Source of the DNA: a virus
Reading direction: 5' to 3' (one strand)
Virus record (IMG/VR): IMGVR_UViG_3300010397_000002
Span: 13,301-77,300 of that record
Length of the DNA: 64,000 bases
In this document: positions 10,053 to 20,433 of the stretch, piece by piece
Layout: every line of letters begins with the position of its first letter
Numbering within the stretch: the stretch's first letter is position 1
The notes under the pieces: generated by a model
The model's database searches: none
The model's input: only the letters and a program-made list of their open reading frames with translations
Told to the model about the DNA's origin: nothing
Translations under genes and position numbers: made by a program

Positions 10053-11333
10053 CTATCTTAATCCAAAATCTTTTCTGAAATAATTTAATGTGTAATCTAA
10101 CTTCTTCGAAACTGCTTTATACACATATTTTTCAATACCATTCTTACTGAATATCCAATATAACTTGCTTGCAATAGTTCTGGTTTGAGATTGCATTCGG
10201 GCTCGGAATTGGAAATAGGTTGTTGCCGAAAAGGCGATATTGTATGCCACTAGCGCATCAGCAGTACTTAAATTAACTCCCATTCTTCCACTTACAAATT
10301 GACACACAAATGTGATGTTTGCGTTCTCGTTGAATATCTCTGGATTATCGGTACTCAATGGAAATACCTTTCTTAAAATATTACCTTCTTCAATGAAGTT
10401 ATAAAAAATTGCTATTTTTTTACCTGCGAATTTTGATTTAATAAACCATGCCTTGCTCTCATCTAAAGTCTGTCTTTTTTCTTCGTCAGAGATGATGGTG
10501 CCAGAAGAAATTTGATGGAATGCGCTTTGCATTTTAGCTGGCGTATCACATACGATATGACCACCATTTTTTAACTTATAAATTCTATCTTTCTTAAGCA
10601 CATCCATTAATTGATATAATCTTTTATCAATATCAACCCATAGAATTTCTTCTTCAACATGAGAAGTAAATCCAGCCTCTTCTTGACTAAGTGTCACCAT
10701 GTAATGCTTGGTCACTTCTTTTATCTTTTCTTCAAGTCCTTCTGAATAATCATTCAATTGTAATCTATGCAAATACTTCTGTTTTACTTGTCTCTTTATT
10801 ACCTTGCCACTTCCATCTCTTACATCGTAATGCTTTACATAATCTTTTGCCCACGCATAGAAATTTCGGTAAATAGAGAATGGGCTATAATAACATACTG
10901 AGAATTGATGGAATATTTGGCTTGGAGATTCTGGAGTTGGACTACCTGACATTAATATGACTGGAGTCTTTCCTGCAAGTTCTTTTACTTTTTGACAATA
11001 GACTCCAGGCTTAGGAAAAGCTGAAAGAAAAGTTGCCTCATCACATATTATAAGATCGTACTCTTGAATTAAATTGCCGACCTGTTGGTAATTAGTGATT
11101 GTTATTTTATTGAATGTATGTCCAAGCTTTAAATAATCACTCTTTATACTTGATATGGCTTTTTTTACCGTTAAGAATAAAATTCTTTTGAATCCAAGTT
11201 CTTTGGCAATTGTCATGGACATGATTGTTTTTCCACAACGAACTTGAGCCGCTAAGTATAATAAATTATATCTTTTTAGTATAGCTACACTTTTAGCAAC
11301 TGTTTTCAGTTGGTCTTCTCTTAAAATAATCAT
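10053..11333 (-). CDS. SF2 helicase (phage DEAD/SNF2-like)
   Basis: LREDQ Q-motif, RCGKT Walker A, CDEA, SGSP, GVNL, QFRAR motifs. Confidence 0.88.
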   Translation of the reverse strand: MIILREDQLKTVAKSVAILKRYNLLYLAAQVRCGKTIMSMTIAKELGFKRILFLTVKKAISSIKSDYLKLGHTFNKITITNYQQVGNLIQEYDLIICDEATFLSAFPKPGVYCQKVKELAGKTPVILMSGSPTPESPSQIFHQFSVCYYSPFSIYRNFYAWAKDYVKHYDVRDGSGKVIKRQVKQKYLHRLQLNDYSEGLEEKIKEVTKHYMVTLSQEEAGFTSHVEEEILWVDIDKRLYQLMDVLKKDRIYKLKNGGHIVCDTPAKMQSAFHQISSGTIISDEEKRQTLDESKAWFIKSKFAGKKIAIFYNFIEEGNILRKVFPLSTDNPEIFNENANITFVCQFVSGRMGVNLSTADALVAYNIAFSATTYFQFRARMQSQTRTIASKLYWIFSKNGIEKYVYKAVSKKLDYTLNYFRKDFGLR

Positions 11334-11851
11334 ACAATAATAATGTCTGTAGTATTAATTGTCTTTTTAACAACTCTTTGAAGAGTATGAACTTTAATAT
11401 TTTTAGCTATTGCTGCTTGGGCTATTGAATCATAATAAATTCCGGTCTGTAAATCTAAAACCATTTTAGCTTCTGGTGATGTCTTGCCTAAAAATCTATG
11501 AGAGTGTTTTTCGTTTTGTGATGGTGTGCACCACTCTAAATTAGAAACATAATTATCAGTTTTGACTCCATTTTTATGGTTAACATGTGGAAGATTGCTT
11601 GGATTAGGGATGAAGGAAATAGCTACAAGACGATGGACTATAAATCTTTTTGTTTTATTATTAAGACAAAGAGTTATTCTTAAATAACCACCATTTATTA
11701 TATCTGATTTTAATATTTTTTCATGTATTTTATACACGCCACCACCAAAAGCCTTTGTGTCGGTATACCTGCCTACACTTTTAACTCTACCTAAATTACT
11801 AACTTGATAAGAACCATTATAACCATCTATGTCTTTCCACTCTTCAATCAT
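11330..11851 (-). CDS. NUMOD4-HNH homing endonuclease
   Basis: EEWKDIDGY..YQVSNLGRVKS (NUMOD4); VHRLVA...VNHKNGVKTDN..NLEW (HNH). Confidence 0.92.
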   Translation of the reverse strand: MIEEWKDIDGYNGSYQVSNLGRVKSVGRYTDTKAFGGGVYKIHEKILKSDIINGGYLRITLCLNNKTKRFIVHRLVAISFIPNPSNLPHVNHKNGVKTDNYVSNLEWCTPSQNEKHSHRFLGKTSPEAKMVLDLQTGIYYDSIAQAAIAKNIKVHTLQRVVKKTINTTDIIIV

Positions 11852-12066
11852 ACCTTACCACTTTTATACAGTTCTAAATGTAACTCCCATTTTTTAATCA
11901 GCATCTCCATGTGTTGCTTAATGTCTTGCGGCATTTTATCAATACCTATTGTCAATAAATGTTTGTAGTGGTCGATCATGTACTCAAGACCATCTTTGGT
12001 ATGTCCAATCTTTTCACTACCAATCTGAATTTGATTTTCAAGGTATATTTCTTTTGGCCGATTCAT
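11848..12066 (-). CDS. Hypothetical protein
   Basis: 72-aa ORF with ATGA-type overlaps on both sides. Confidence 0.6.
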   Translation of the reverse strand: MNRPKEIYLENQIQIGSEKIGHTKDGLEYMIDHYKHLLTIGIDKMPQDIKQHMEMLIKKWELHLELYKSGKV

Positions 12067-12455
12067 AGATATCCTTTTTCTTCAAGTAACATCTCGACTT
12101 TTTTCCAATCAACAAAAGGCTTTGGATGAATCTCTGGATCATAGATCAATTTTATCCCGATATTTTTGTCATCTATGAGAGCCCCGCAAAAAATTTTACG
12201 CGAACCGGTTTCAAATTCAGGATTACAGTTCAAATACTTCATTTCAATACCATGATTCCGTAATAATTCTTCCGCGTCATCAAGAAGATGATTCTCTCTC
12301 ATTGTTATAAGAATAAGAGTATGGCCCGCATCTTGTAATTTTTTTATAGTCTCAATGGCACCTGGAATTGGCTCTCCGATATATGGGTATTCATTGTAAC
12401 AAATCGTAGAGTCAAAATCTATTCCTATTGATGTAACTTTAATTTCCTTCTTCAT
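12063..12455 (-). CDS. HAD-superfamily phosphatase (BT0820-like)
   Basis: IGIDFDSTI DxD motif, LILITMR, IDDKN. Confidence 0.82.
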   Translation of the reverse strand: MKKEIKVTSIGIDFDSTICYNEYPYIGEPIPGAIETIKKLQDAGHTLILITMRENHLLDDAEELLRNHGIEMKYLNCNPEFETGSRKIFCGALIDDKNIGIKLIYDPEIHPKPFVDWKKVEMLLEEKGYL

Positions 12456-12657
12456 AAGCTGTGCCTTTTAATATACAAATCCAACGAATCATTAATATCT
12501 CTTAACACTGTAACAAGAGACTTACTTTTTCCTTTTTTATATTCCTTCATCGCCTCCTCCATCCGCTCTTTACTGATGCGCTTAATAGGCACCTTCAACT
12601 TTGGCCGCATTTGGTTGTAGTCGAAAAGAGAAAATTGATGGTGAACTCGGATGAATT

Positions 12658-12951
12658 TCATTTTATTAACTCGTATATTCTTTCAGGTTCAAAATCTGCA
12701 AGCATCCTATTCATATCATCATCCGACTCAACACCTTTTGGTCTTGGATAAATTAACGTTGGTGGCTTATCTTTTTCATGTAATCCAAAAACAATTTCGT
12801 GTCCATCTTTTAAATATCGAATATCCAATTTACCTGGACTATATGTAGAGAAGTAATCATCCACTGATGGAGCGTACGTCTTTACACCGTCTACATAATC
12901 AACACGAAAGGTAGAATATCCGATACTCAATAAATATTTTTGAAAACTCAT
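12658..12951 (-). CDS. Hypothetical protein
   Basis: 97-aa coupled ORF. Confidence 0.6.
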   Translation of the reverse strand: MSFQKYLLSIGYSTFRVDYVDGVKTYAPSVDDYFSTYSPGKLDIRYLKDGHEIVFGLHEKDKPPTLIYPRPKGVESDDDMNRMLADFEPERIYELIK

Positions 12952-13820
12952 AGCTTTAATAAATCCTCACTCTTAATCGCATACACTCCAGCATGCTTAC
13001 AAGTCTCTGCGGCAGCTTTATTCGCCAGTTCAAGCGAATCATCAATCAGCATTCCGCAAGCATAACACAATGCAATGATAGCAGTTATAGTATCGCCTGC
13101 ACCGCATACATCAACCACACCAACTTCTTCTCCTGGTAAGTGATCTCTTCCTGAAGATGAATACAGATACAATCCTAACTCCCCAATTGTGACCACAAAA
13201 TAATTTATCTTAAGCGTGGTCCTGATGGAGTCTATATCTAATCCTTTAGCTTCGTGCTTATTGCATTTTACAATGTTTGCCCATTTATATTTATGAAAAT
13301 CTTTTTTAGCATCCACAATAACAGGGACATGATTGTCGTTACATAAGTTTATTATTATCTGCGCAATACTAAGGCTAATGGTGCCCTTATGATAATCGGA
13401 GAATATAACTGCATCCAGCGATGGTAACAATTTCTCGAAATCTTCTCTCCAATGGACATCATCATAAGTTATATCTTCTTGGTTGGCATCTTCTTCATCA
13501 ATACGGAGAAGATGATGGTTGGACGACATGATCCTTGTTTTAACAGGAGTTACACCTGCATGGACAAAGACTGTGTGTGCTTTTTTAGCAGATGAACAGC
13601 GTGTGAATAGATAAGCATCAACACCAAGATTCAATAAATTCAAAAGAACATTTCCGGCACCGCCTAGATAAGAAGTTTCTGATGTCTTCATTACCACAAC
13701 AACAGGAGCCTCTGGAGACACTCGTTCAACATCACCAAAGATGTATCGGTCTTCGATAAGATCACCGATGATGGCAATTTTAAGTTTGGATGCTTTTTCT
13801 AGGAGTTCTTGGATATTCAT
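12948..13820 (-). CDS. hldA: D-glycero-beta-D-manno-heptose-7-phosphate kinase (HldE/RfaE kinase domain)
   Basis: IGDLIEDRY..G.VERVSPEAPV, LGGAGNV, SDYHKG, DVCGAGDT (PfkB) motifs typical of RfaE1. Confidence 0.9.
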   Translation of the reverse strand: MNIQELLEKASKLKIAIIGDLIEDRYIFGDVERVSPEAPVVVVMKTSETSYLGGAGNVLLNLLNLGVDAYLFTRCSSAKKAHTVFVHAGVTPVKTRIMSSNHHLLRIDEEDANQEDITYDDVHWREDFEKLLPSLDAVIFSDYHKGTISLSIAQIIINLCNDNHVPVIVDAKKDFHKYKWANIVKCNKHEAKGLDIDSIRTTLKINYFVVTIGELGLYLYSSSGRDHLPGEEVGVVDVCGAGDTITAIIALCYACGMLIDDSLELANKAAAETCKHAGVYAIKSEDLLKL

Positions 13821-14025
13821 TTTAAACTATTTTGTAATTTTTTCTAATAAAAATATACTCCAGATTCATTGTAAACTTCTTCTCGCCTACGCTTATATTC
13901 AGTTTTTATGATAATCTTAGGTATTTCAATCCCCCTTAATGCCATAATTTTACACGCTGCTTCTACCCAAGTATTTGGCCAGTATTTACTAGCTTCCTTT
14001 TTACCATCATTAACTATATGATAAA

Positions 14026-14454
14026 TTAATTTTTGTAGTGTTGTCTCCTGCATGCCTCAATAATTTTAGTTGATGAAAATCTCTTGTCTCTTTCAAAGAA
14101 GATTACTTTTGCATGTTCGCTGCCGACTACATATTTGTCTTTGTAGTCGGAGCCTACTACGATGTAGTCAGGTTTCATTATTGATATCCTCTCTTCAAGA
14201 AGATTATTATCATCATGAGAGTCAATTGCTGAAACTACTTGATTTCCATAACAAGTTAATGAAGCGATAGCATCATGCCGTTCTGAAAATTTAAATATTG
14301 GTCGATTTATACCTTTATCTATTGTTATTTTTTTATCAGAATCAAGGCTTACGATAACAGTGCCGTTTACTCCTGCTATTTGTCGACAGAATAAAAGTAG
14401 GTTGATGTGTGCAACTGTTAGGACATCATATGTCCCATTTGTAAATATCTTCAT
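14026..14454 (-). CDS. hldC: Heptose-1-phosphate adenylyltransferase-like (RfaE2) nucleotidyltransferase
   Basis: FTNGTYDVLTVAH, SD..I..DKG..RPI, KPDYIVVGSDY, FSSTKII. Confidence 0.82.
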   Translation of the reverse strand: MKIFTNGTYDVLTVAHINLLLFCRQIAGVNGTVIVSLDSDKKITIDKGINRPIFKFSERHDAIASLTCYGNQVVSAIDSHDDNNLLEERISIMKPDYIVVGSDYKDKYVVGSEHAKVIFFERDKRFSSTKIIEACRRQHYKN

Positions 14455-14457
14455 AAA

Positions 14458-14739
14458 TTAAAATGGAATGTCATCCGTATTAACATTACTATCTCCAGCG
14501 GGACTCGCATAAGTATCACCACTATTTGGTCTTGTGGGACCAATGATCTTACCGTTGCCGAGGATATTTCCTTTCTTTCCGGCATCACGTTCTTCTTTCG
14601 AAATTTGCTGGATAGCCATGTAATCATTACCATAGGCTTGTTTGTCAATAAGAACAATATCCAAGTACATGGCCCCATCCTTGCCAGGAAACAATCTTGT
14701 CTTATCTATTTTTTTAACATTTATCTTAATCGTGATCAT
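14458..14739 (-). CDS. Single-stranded DNA-binding protein (putative)
   Basis: INVKKIDKTRLF.GK...YLD pattern and acidic DDIPF C-terminal tail. Confidence 0.7.
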   Translation of the reverse strand: MITIKINVKKIDKTRLFPGKDGAMYLDIVLIDKQAYGNDYMAIQQISKEERDAGKKGNILGNGKIIGPTRPNSGDTYASPAGDSNVNTDDIPF

Positions 14740-14740
14740 A

Positions 14741-15010
14741 CTATTCGTTTTTAATCTTGTTAAACTCTTCCATATTCACAACATAAAGTATGGCGACATA
14801 TTCACCATTTCCAGTAGCCATTGAACTCATTAATTTTTGACCGGTTATTTTATCTATTCCCATGGTTACCTTACAACCTGTCTTTACTGTATCACAAGAT
14901 ACAATGGTGGTACTACATGCGATGTCTCCATTTCTTTTAGACATCTCGCTCATAACTTCAAAATCACCTTTACTTTTTGCCATAACTATACAAATCCAAA
15001 TTGTTTCCAA
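14741..15010 (-). CDS. Hypothetical protein
   Basis: ORF within the operon. Confidence 0.55.
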   Translation of the reverse strand: METIWICIVMAKSKGDFEVMSEMSKRNGDIACSTTIVSCDTVKTGCKVTMGIDKITGQKLMSSMATGNGEYVAILYVVNMEEFNKIKNE

Positions 15011-15582
15011 ACACCAATTGCTCTCTCTATTTTAACCTGACCACTTTTATAATACTCATGGTCTTTTGTTAAGAGCCTTTTAAATAATCGTCTAGGGTCT
15101 TTCTTCGACACGCCAACGATAAGATAATTTTCATAGCCAACAACATTCAAATAAAAGTAACAGGATGCATCATAGTCGTGATTTATGATGGCATTGTCAA
15201 ATCCATTCTCTGTTGTTATCGCAAGTCCTTTATATTCAAAGATGGTGGATAGCACTCTGCTGTCCCCATCTGTCTTACACCTAACTCCCTTGAGTCCGAA
15301 TCTATCAGTCCGGTACCATTCACGCTCACGCCTGAAGTCATGCATCATAATTAACTTCCTGCACAACTCATCTTTCAAAACTGTCTCTGCCATCATCTTA
15401 GCTAAATTATAACCGCTATGTGTTTTATCAGCTTTGTATGGCTCAAGTAGAGCATTATGGTTTAAAGTTCCTGCTTCAAAAATTTCGTTCAAGTTCTCCG
15501 GCGCTTCTCGCTTGGGAGCAATTTTATTTACGATCGATTTAAGATCAGAGTTTGATACAAAGTCGTGATCAAAATATCCCAT
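14986..15582 (-). CDS. RecE/Exo VIII-like PD-(D/E)XK exonuclease
   Basis: VSNSDL, GTL.H..LLEP, RCKTD, EYK motifs; near RecT. Confidence 0.7.
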   Translation of the reverse strand: MGYFDHDFVSNSDLKSIVNKIAPKREAPENLNEIFEAGTLNHNALLEPYKADKTHSGYNLAKMMAETVLKDELCRKLIMMHDFRREREWYRTDRFGLKGVRCKTDGDSRVLSTIFEYKGLAITTENGFDNAIINHDYDASCYFYLNVVGYENYLIVGVSKKDPRRLFKRLLTKDHEYYKSGQVKIERAIGVWKQFGFV

Positions 15583-16144
15583 TCTCTTTCATCTTTAAAA
15601 AACAAGCCATTGTAGCCTGACAATCACTCAATGCATCATGAGCTCCAATAAAGTCCATCCCGAATAAATGTTTATGAAGTTCTTCTAATTTAGGCCACTT
15701 AAATGATTTCCCATATTGTCCAGGGATTTGACAAATGTCAGTGCCTATCTTCATCGTGCAAATTTTATCAGTCTTAGCAGTTGCCCTTGCTTTATACCGA
15801 ATCATTTCAGCACCTAACACATTGTAATCAAAATCTACATTATGCGCGATCATGTACTTTGATCGGTTGATGTCTTTAACAAGCATCTCAAGAACCATTT
15901 TCATTGGCATGCCTTCGGCTTCGCATCGTGCTGTATTGTATCCTTTATTAGTCCAAAAGTCTTCTTTCGGAACTACCCATCCATCTGGCTTGATGAAGAA
16001 TTTATTTTCTGATTTAGTTTTTAAATCTTCCGATAAGAATATCCAACCAAGCTGGATTACACGCGGCCAGTTATCAACATTGAACATAGATGCTTTGTAA
16101 TCTTTAGGAAGTCCGTTGGTTTCAGTATCGAAGAATGTGTACAT
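15569..16144 (-). CDS. DEDDh 3'-5' exonuclease (DnaQ-like)
   Basis: FFDTETNG, AHNVDFD, KWPKLEELH, AHDALSD. Confidence 0.92.
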   Translation of the reverse strand: MYTFFDTETNGLPKDYKASMFNVDNWPRVIQLGWIFLSEDLKTKSENKFFIKPDGWVVPKEDFWTNKGYNTARCEAEGMPMKMVLEMLVKDINRSKYMIAHNVDFDYNVLGAEMIRYKARATAKTDKICTMKIGTDICQIPGQYGKSFKWPKLEELHKHLFGMDFIGAHDALSDCQATMACFLKMKENGIF

Positions 16145-17355
16145 TATTTTCTGATTATTACCTTCGAAATTTCTTTGACTTCGAGCCCTTGAATATTCAC
16201 ATCACAATTCTTTAAAAAGAAACTAAGCAATGAGTCAACCCAGTCAACATAAACCGGGAATCCGTTCTCATCCATCTTAGGCTGCTTAGTCTTACTATCG
16301 ACTTTAATAATATTCGGAAACTTATCATTCATGAAGCAATGATACATGATCTCGGTCAATGGCTTCAAAGGCTTATCATCCTTAAATTTAGCGATCAGTT
16401 TTATAGCACCTACTTCTCCTAATTGTTGTGTAACTGCTTGCTCACGAAAGTCATTTTGCACCTTGTCAATCTCTGCCTCCCGATTAATGTTCTCATCGCT
16501 TTCCTTCTGCATATTGGCCAATTCTTTCTGATGAGCAGCCTCTTCTTCTGCGGCTTTACGCTTCTGTTCCTCTTGTAAGATTTTTTTAGCCTCAGCATCA
16601 TTCTCTGAATTTTTAAGATCAATCAAATTCTGTTTAATCTCTCCAATCTTTCCTCTCCACTCATTTATAACAGGGATAATTTTATCAGAAACAGCGGCAT
16701 CCCATTTAATGTAATTCTCTTCTATACCAATCAGAGCAAGTAGTTCTTCGAATTCTTCTTTGGTAATAAGGTTGTTGTTATATGATACTGAAAAACATTT
16801 GTTGTACATCTCTGTTTTAAGAGTAACCTTAAAAGACATAAATGTTTTTTCTCTGGCATCCCACGTTTCAAGCGTAGTATCATCCCAAAATTTCTTACTG
16901 CCTTCATGCACTTCCTTAACCCGAGTGATAACCAGATCAGCAAGATTCTTTTTTATCCTGGCAGTGATGTCAACTTTATGATTTTCTTTCTCCTTTTGCT
17001 TTTGGGCCTTAGCCTCTTCTTTCCGTTTTTCTTCAAGCTTCACCTGGTTATGAGCGCCAACTAAAGAACGTAACCGTACAGCTTCTTCATTCACATCTTT
17101 CTCATACTGCATAAGAAGTTTTTTCAGTGAATCAAACTCCTCAGTAATAGGCTTGCGTAGATTCTGCATGGCAGTGCCTGTGTTCTCTGTGGCGATGATG
17201 GTGGCACTAACATAAGCAAGAGACTCATCGTCTACAGAAGTAATTGCCTGTGTGGCTAGTAACGTCTTCTCACGTCCTTTTTGCATGCGGGGCACGATCT
17301 CCTGCATTTGCTTTACTATCGGCTCTAATTTGATTGGTACCAATTCTTCTGCCAT
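16144..17355 (-). CDS. Coiled-coil recombination-module protein
   Basis: 403 aa, RKPIT..FD motif, long coiled coils. Confidence 0.6.
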   Translation of the reverse strand: MAEELVPIKLEPIVKQMQEIVPRMQKGREKTLLATQAITSVDDESLAYVSATIIATENTGTAMQNLRKPITEEFDSLKKLLMQYEKDVNEEAVRLRSLVGAHNQVKLEEKRKEEAKAQKQKEKENHKVDITARIKKNLADLVITRVKEVHEGSKKFWDDTTLETWDAREKTFMSFKVTLKTEMYNKCFSVSYNNNLITKEEFEELLALIGIEENYIKWDAAVSDKIIPVINEWRGKIGEIKQNLIDLKNSENDAEAKKILQEEQKRKAAEEEAAHQKELANMQKESDENINREAEIDKVQNDFREQAVTQQLGEVGAIKLIAKFKDDKPLKPLTEIMYHCFMNDKFPNIIKVDSKTKQPKMDENGFPVYVDWVDSLLSFFLKNCDVNIQGLEVKEISKVIIRK

Positions 17356-17369
17356 GATGTTAGTCTTTT

Positions 17370-17612
17370 TTAGCCCAGCAATAATTTCTCAACGATGTTC
17401 ACGATATCACTAACCGTTTTAATATTATCTTCAACATCTGCATCCGGGATGCGAATGGAGAATTTTTTCTCGATCATGATGACAACCTCAATTTCGTCCA
17501 GACTATCCATGCCAAGGTCATCACGTAGATTTTCTTTTTCCTCAACGTGATCATGGTTTGTCACTACGCACAAGATGTTGGATACTGACTTTAAAATTTC
17601 TTCTCTGCTCAT
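17370..17612 (-). CDS. acpP: Acyl carrier protein
   Basis: [27 protein letters not shown] with the phosphopantetheine Ser. Confidence 0.9.
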   Translation of the reverse strand: MSREEILKSVSNILCVVTNHDHVEEKENLRDDLGMDSLDEIEVVIMIEKKFSIRIPDADVEDNIKTVSDIVNIVEKLLLG

Positions 17613-17830
17613 TAGCTTACTTTTTTATATGGATATTGTAGTTTGATATGTTCGTTTACGAACTTGCCGATTGATTTCACTTCAAGTGCCATGTCAAATA
17701 CGTGACGTGGTACATTAGCATAATCATATACCTTACCTGTAATGTAAGTGATGGTTAAAACTTTAGTTTTATCATCGTACTTAATGGCACGGACTGTGCT
17801 GGAATCGACGAATACTTTTTCGTTTGACAT
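17612..17830 (-). CDS. KTSC domain protein
   Basis: [12 protein letters not shown]...YDYANVP...SIGKFVN. Confidence 0.88.
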   Translation of the reverse strand: MSNEKVFVDSSTVRAIKYDDKTKVLTITYITGKVYDYANVPRHVFDMALEVKSIGKFVNEHIKLQYPYKKVS

Positions 17831-17832
17831 AA

Positions 17833-18037
17833 TTATATTGCTTCAAGGCAAGATTTCATTTTTAAAATAATTTCATCAATGGTTGCACCTTCAAATTTTT
17901 GTTCTGCTACTGTATTCCCATTTTTAAATTTAATGGTACCGCTGGCACTCCATTTATCATCGAAAAAACTTTTATTGAAATGGGTCTTTAATCACACTAG
18001 GCATTTTTTCGTTTCCAAAACCGATTAATAAATCCAT
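17833..18037 (-). pseudogene. Frameshifted small gene
   Basis: ATG at 18037 (overlapping the upstream stop) gives MDLLIGFGNEKMPSVIKDPFQ*. A different frame continues DDKWSASGTIKFKNGNTVAEQKFEGATIDEIILKMKSCLEAI* and ends next to the KTSC start. Confidence 0.5.
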
Positions 18038-18222
18038 TAGAATAATTTTGGTTGAGTTTTTTCTTGTTCGTATTTCTCTATGAAAGCATCAACTTGTCTT
18101 TCTAAACTTTTACTGTCCGTGATAAGGATTCCGGTCATAAGGCTATCGTTCCTTTTCCTGGCTGTAAAATAGTTCTTCTGCGTCTCGCGCATTTTTTTGA
18201 CAAGTTTGATAAAGTCTTCCAT
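18037..18222 (-). CDS. Small protein ending in QPKLF
   Basis: MRETQKNYF...LERQVD; clamp-binding-like C-terminus. Confidence 0.7.
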   Translation of the reverse strand: MEDFIKLVKKMRETQKNYFTARKRNDSLMTGILITDSKSLERQVDAFIEKYEQEKTQPKLF

Positions 18223-19083
18223 TTACATGAAACTTTTAGGTGTCTCCTCTTTTACATTTGGAAGAGGATTAACTTCTCCAGATTCGGTATCAACAGTTTC
18301 TCCTTCTGCTGTAGTGTATACCGGAGCATCAGGCATATCACCAACCTCTGTATATCCGGTATCCTCAGTGTCTTCTACTGGAGGACCATACAGAACAACA
18401 TTGTCTGGGTATTTATGGTACAGACGGAAAGCGCGATTGGTCGCTGTTTTCTTTGCCATCTCCACTGGCCACGTATTCCATGGAGAGTCATCACTTTTGG
18501 TTTTAGACTTGGTTTTCGCTTTCAAAAGATCATCCTGATAAACAACGGTGTCTACAATAGATCCGTCTTTATAAAAGAGTCTTTGATACACTGCGCGCAC
18601 ATTATCCAGTACATTTTTCTCAACAGTCTTATCGGTTGAATAATGCTCTTTAACTACGAAGTTTGCCTTATCATGAATAAAGTGATCTCCTTTATAAACG
18701 ATAACAGCTTCGGGTGCCTTCTTAACATCCGGCATCATCTCAAACATTTCGCGTTTACCAGCGGGTGAAGATTGTACTTTAAGTCCTCCTCTGCCGTTGG
18801 GATAAACGTAGAGTTTACTGTCGCGGAAACTTAGGCCTGTTGTACCGGCATAAACAAGACTCGCAACATGGTAAAAATTGTCAATTTTCTGCAGATCTGG
18901 CTTATCGGCAATAATTTGAAGATACGCGAATCGTTCTTGCTCCAACCTATTCTCTCCGTCTTTACGTCCAGTCACAGATTCGTAGTTCTTAATGAATCGT
19001 TCCCTTACATCCGGTATCTGGAATAATTCCTTAACACTTTTTGCTTCTTTAATAGATTGCTCAAATTTTTGTAGTTGTCCCAT
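18223..19083 (-). CDS. recT: RecT-family ssDNA annealing recombinase
   Basis: GLSF...YVYP, VYKGD.F, SPW..WP.EMAKKT. Confidence 0.82.
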   Translation of the reverse strand: MGQLQKFEQSIKEAKSVKELFQIPDVRERFIKNYESVTGRKDGENRLEQERFAYLQIIADKPDLQKIDNFYHVASLVYAGTTGLSFRDSKLYVYPNGRGGLKVQSSPAGKREMFEMMPDVKKAPEAVIVYKGDHFIHDKANFVVKEHYSTDKTVEKNVLDNVRAVYQRLFYKDGSIVDTVVYQDDLLKAKTKSKTKSDDSPWNTWPVEMAKKTATNRAFRLYHKYPDNVVLYGPPVEDTEDTGYTEVGDMPDAPVYTTAEGETVDTESGEVNPLPNVKEETPKSFM

Positions 19084-19086
19084 TTT

Positions 19087-19581
19087 TTAAATTATATTTA
19101 ATTTTGCGAATTCACCATGATATTTTAAAGCGGCATTATTATAAGCTTTTGCGGCTTCGGTTAATGAACGAAATTCACCTAAACTGATTCTTTTTTTATT
19201 AACCCCTATTCTAGATTTAAATTTTCCTTTATACCCTATAGTAACCCCTTTAAATCCTGTAGTATTTATTGTAGAAAGTCCTCTATTCATGGAACTTTGT
19301 GATGGATTTACAATTCTTAAATTAATCCTCCTATTATCAAGTCCATTCCCATTCTTATGATCCACAATTTCTTTGTTTTTTGCATTTAATATTAATCTAT
19401 GCATAGATATAGTTTCCCTTTCCGATCTAGACTTACTTATATCAGAACACGCATAAAAATTATTTGTCTTATGAATAATTTTTAAACACCAAGTATATTT
19501 AGATACTAAATCAAAATCAATAGGATCTATTTTTACTACTTTTTTGCCGTGTTTTTTACTATTGATAATAATTTGCCTCAT
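19087..19581 (-). CDS. HNH-AP2 homing endonuclease
   Basis: MHRLIL..VDHKNGNGLDNRRINLR; NTTGFKGV...AAKAYN.AA..HGEFA. Confidence 0.92.
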   Translation of the reverse strand: MRQIIINSKKHGKKVVKIDPIDFDLVSKYTWCLKIIHKTNNFYACSDISKSRSERETISMHRLILNAKNKEIVDHKNGNGLDNRRINLRIVNPSQSSMNRGLSTINTTGFKGVTIGYKGKFKSRIGVNKKRISLGEFRSLTEAAKAYNNAALKYHGEFAKLNII

Positions 19582-19667
19582 GATGTATCAAAACAACAAT
19601 AAAATATTTTAACATCAAAATTTTGAGTCTGAAATTTTTATTGTATGTTTGTTGAAACGAAAGGAAT

Positions 19668-19862
19668 ATGTCAATTTATAACATTTCAGCAATAAAAAAT
19701 TTAATTCCTGGCGGCAATCATTATTCCTACACCAGAATAAAGAATTTGCTTATGGGGTTAAAAGGTAATTCTTCAAAAAAAGATATACAACAAGTTAGAA
19801 AACTTCTAAAACAAGAATGGGTTGAAGTTGATAATACACTTGAAAAACTTGAAAATCAATAG
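19668..19862 (+). CDS. Small hypothetical protein (possible DNA-binding)
   Basis: First gene of the divergent arm; TATGTTTG -7 box at 19644-19651. Confidence 0.55.
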   Translation: MSIYNISAIKNLIPGGNHYSYTRIKNLLMGLKGNSSKKDIQQVRKLLKQEWVEVDNTLEKLENQ

Positions 19863-19890
19863 TAAAAATTAACTTAAAATAATACTTAAA

Positions 19891-20433
19891 ATGCTACATC
19901 CCTGTTTACCTTCAACATTTACTCCAGAAAAATTAGCTGGATGGATTACTGATAATGCCATTGAGGTTCTTGATCATATTGAAAAGATAGAACTAGAAAC
20001 CGAACAGATTCACGAACTTGAAAGCAAATCATCCTTAGCTTCTAGAGCTATCGATAGATTGGAAAAAATAAAAAAAGATTTTATGGATATCTTAACAGAA
20101 GGAACGCCTGATGAAGAGAATCCTGTCGATATTATAATCTATCCGACTAAAGGTTTTAAAATCCTTAAAGCCAATCGGGCCTTCGCAGACAAGCAATTAG
20201 AACAAGGATTCCAAGAAGAAGTTATTCCTCTTTACATCATCCCATATCCTGAAGATTCACAAATGGTTGCTGTGGATATTGTTGGCAACGAATGGCCAGA
20301 GTTTACAAAGGATATGACTTCAGAGCAAATCAATCAACACAAGCCGATGTTGAAGAAGGATAAAAAAGTAAAGAAACAAACATCATTTTTAGATCAAGAA
20401 GATGATGATGAACAATCTACTCTGGATCTTTAA
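19891..20433 (+). CDS. Hypothetical protein
   Basis: 180 aa with acidic tail. Confidence 0.7.
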   Translation: MLHPCLPSTFTPEKLAGWITDNAIEVLDHIEKIELETEQIHELESKSSLASRAIDRLEKIKKDFMDILTEGTPDEENPVDIIIYPTKGFKILKANRAFADKQLEQGFQEEVIPLYIIPYPEDSQMVAVDIVGNEWPEFTKDMTSEQINQHKPMLKKDKKVKKQTSFLDQEDDDEQSTLDL

